Of a stretch of DNA of 13,863 nt, positions 13,613-13,863 are shown one piece after another. The stretch spans positions 128,001 through 141,863 of the IMG/VR virus record IMGVR_UViG_3300024999_000044, one strand, 5' to 3'. This DNA comes from a virus. The position numbers and the translations under genes are program-made. The first letter of the stretch is position 1, and each line of letters opens with the position of its first letter. The notes beneath the pieces are model-generated. The model saw only the letters and a list, made by a program, of their open reading frames with translations, was not told where the DNA came from and did not search any database.

Positions 13613-13863
13613 ATGAAAAACATACATGTTGTAGCAGGAAACGTTACCCTGATATTTTTAGTTAGCAAAAAGAAAGTTGTGAAGATACGTTATATAAATA
13701 CTGAGGATTTATCTATATTTTTGTGCTATAAATATACTTGGTACTTTAATGCCAAGCCTGATAAGTATATACAAGTAGTGGGTTATAGAAGTGAGACATT
13801 GGCAAGATTTCTAACAAATTGTCCAAAAGAGAGGGTCGTGATCAATATTGATCACGACCCTCT
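13613..13863 (+). CDS. HNH homing-type endonuclease, 3'-partial (runs off the window end)
   Basis: ATG at 13613 (gtggg at 13603-13607, spacer 5), open to the window end. The reading KIRYINTEDLSIFLCYKYTWYF...KYIQVVGYRSETLARFLTNCPKERVVINIDHDP follows the phage HNH-endonuclease pattern vDxeDfelxxxykWxxxxxgYaxrxxxxxxxxlHRlixgxxxgxxvDHiNgnxlDNR. The region is markedly more AT-rich than the flanking genes, which is typical of acquired homing-endonuclease genes. Confidence 0.5.
   Translation, partial: MKNIHVVAGNVTLIFLVSKKKVVKIRYINTEDLSIFLCYKYTWYFNAKPDKYIQVVGYRSETLARFLTNCPKERVVINIDHDP
13830..13863. repeat. Perfect palindrome of at least 34 bp (17-bp half-sites) abutting the window end
   Basis: agagggtcgtgatcaat|attgatcacgaccctct is a perfect inverted repeat with no spacer. 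Its symmetry centre lies between 13846 and 13847. It reaches the last base of the window, so it may extend further. It lies within the HNH ORF, where it encodes ERVVINIDHDP. Confidence 0.9.

Noticed and set aside
1-13863. CRISPR arrays, tandem direct repeats, integrase/transposase genes, toxin-antitoxin pairs and reverse-transcriptase motifs
   Set aside because: No repeated spacer-repeat structure, tyrosine or serine recombinase motifs, or YxDD box was seen. The only transposase-like sequences are the two HTH modules fused to the sigma factor, which lack any catalytic DDE domain.

Overview
All convincing genes in this 13.9 kb window lie on the + strand, are tightly packed, and are punctuated by G/C-stem plus T-run terminators. 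The content is a phage DNA-replication and nucleotide-metabolism module.

From motifs I can read directly, the coding content is, in order:
- a 5'-truncated thymidylate-synthase-family enzyme (ThyA or dUMP-hydroxymethylase-like) with a long C-terminal extension;
- a small HAD phosphatase;
- a possible all-alpha NTP-pyrophosphatase-like protein;
- an HU-family protein that, from memory, closely resembles SPO1 TF1;
- a Nudix hydrolase;
- a family-A DNA polymerase with an N-terminal degenerate UDG-family-4 domain and an intact 3'-5' exonuclease domain, which is SPO1-type architecture;
- a UvsY-like protein next to a T4 gp32-like zinc SSB;
- an HD-domain hydrolase;
- a SigF/SigG-like sigma factor carrying two extra C-terminal HTH repeats;
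- a 5'-3' exonuclease of the FEN / T4 RNase H family;
- two small zinc-ribbon ORFs;
- a T4 gp30-like ATP-dependent DNA ligase that probably starts at TTG;
- the AT-rich 5' part of an HNH endonuclease running off the window end.

Most worth a second look:
- A cluster consistent with a thymine-replacement (5-hmU-type) DNA-modification and dNTP-pool-remodelling system: the ThyA-like enzyme, four different nucleotide-hydrolase superfamilies, the TF1-like HU and the UDG-Pol fusion.
- The sigma factor fused to tandem transposase-like HTH modules, with an internal RBS.
- A perfect palindrome of at least 34 bp that sits inside the HNH ORF and abuts the window end.
- A conserved tatataaagg..ggtg element in front of two of the nucleotide-hydrolase genes.

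No tRNA, CRISPR array or integrase/transposase gene is evident. No BLAST or HMM search could be run, so every family assignment rests on motifs I can read in the translations.
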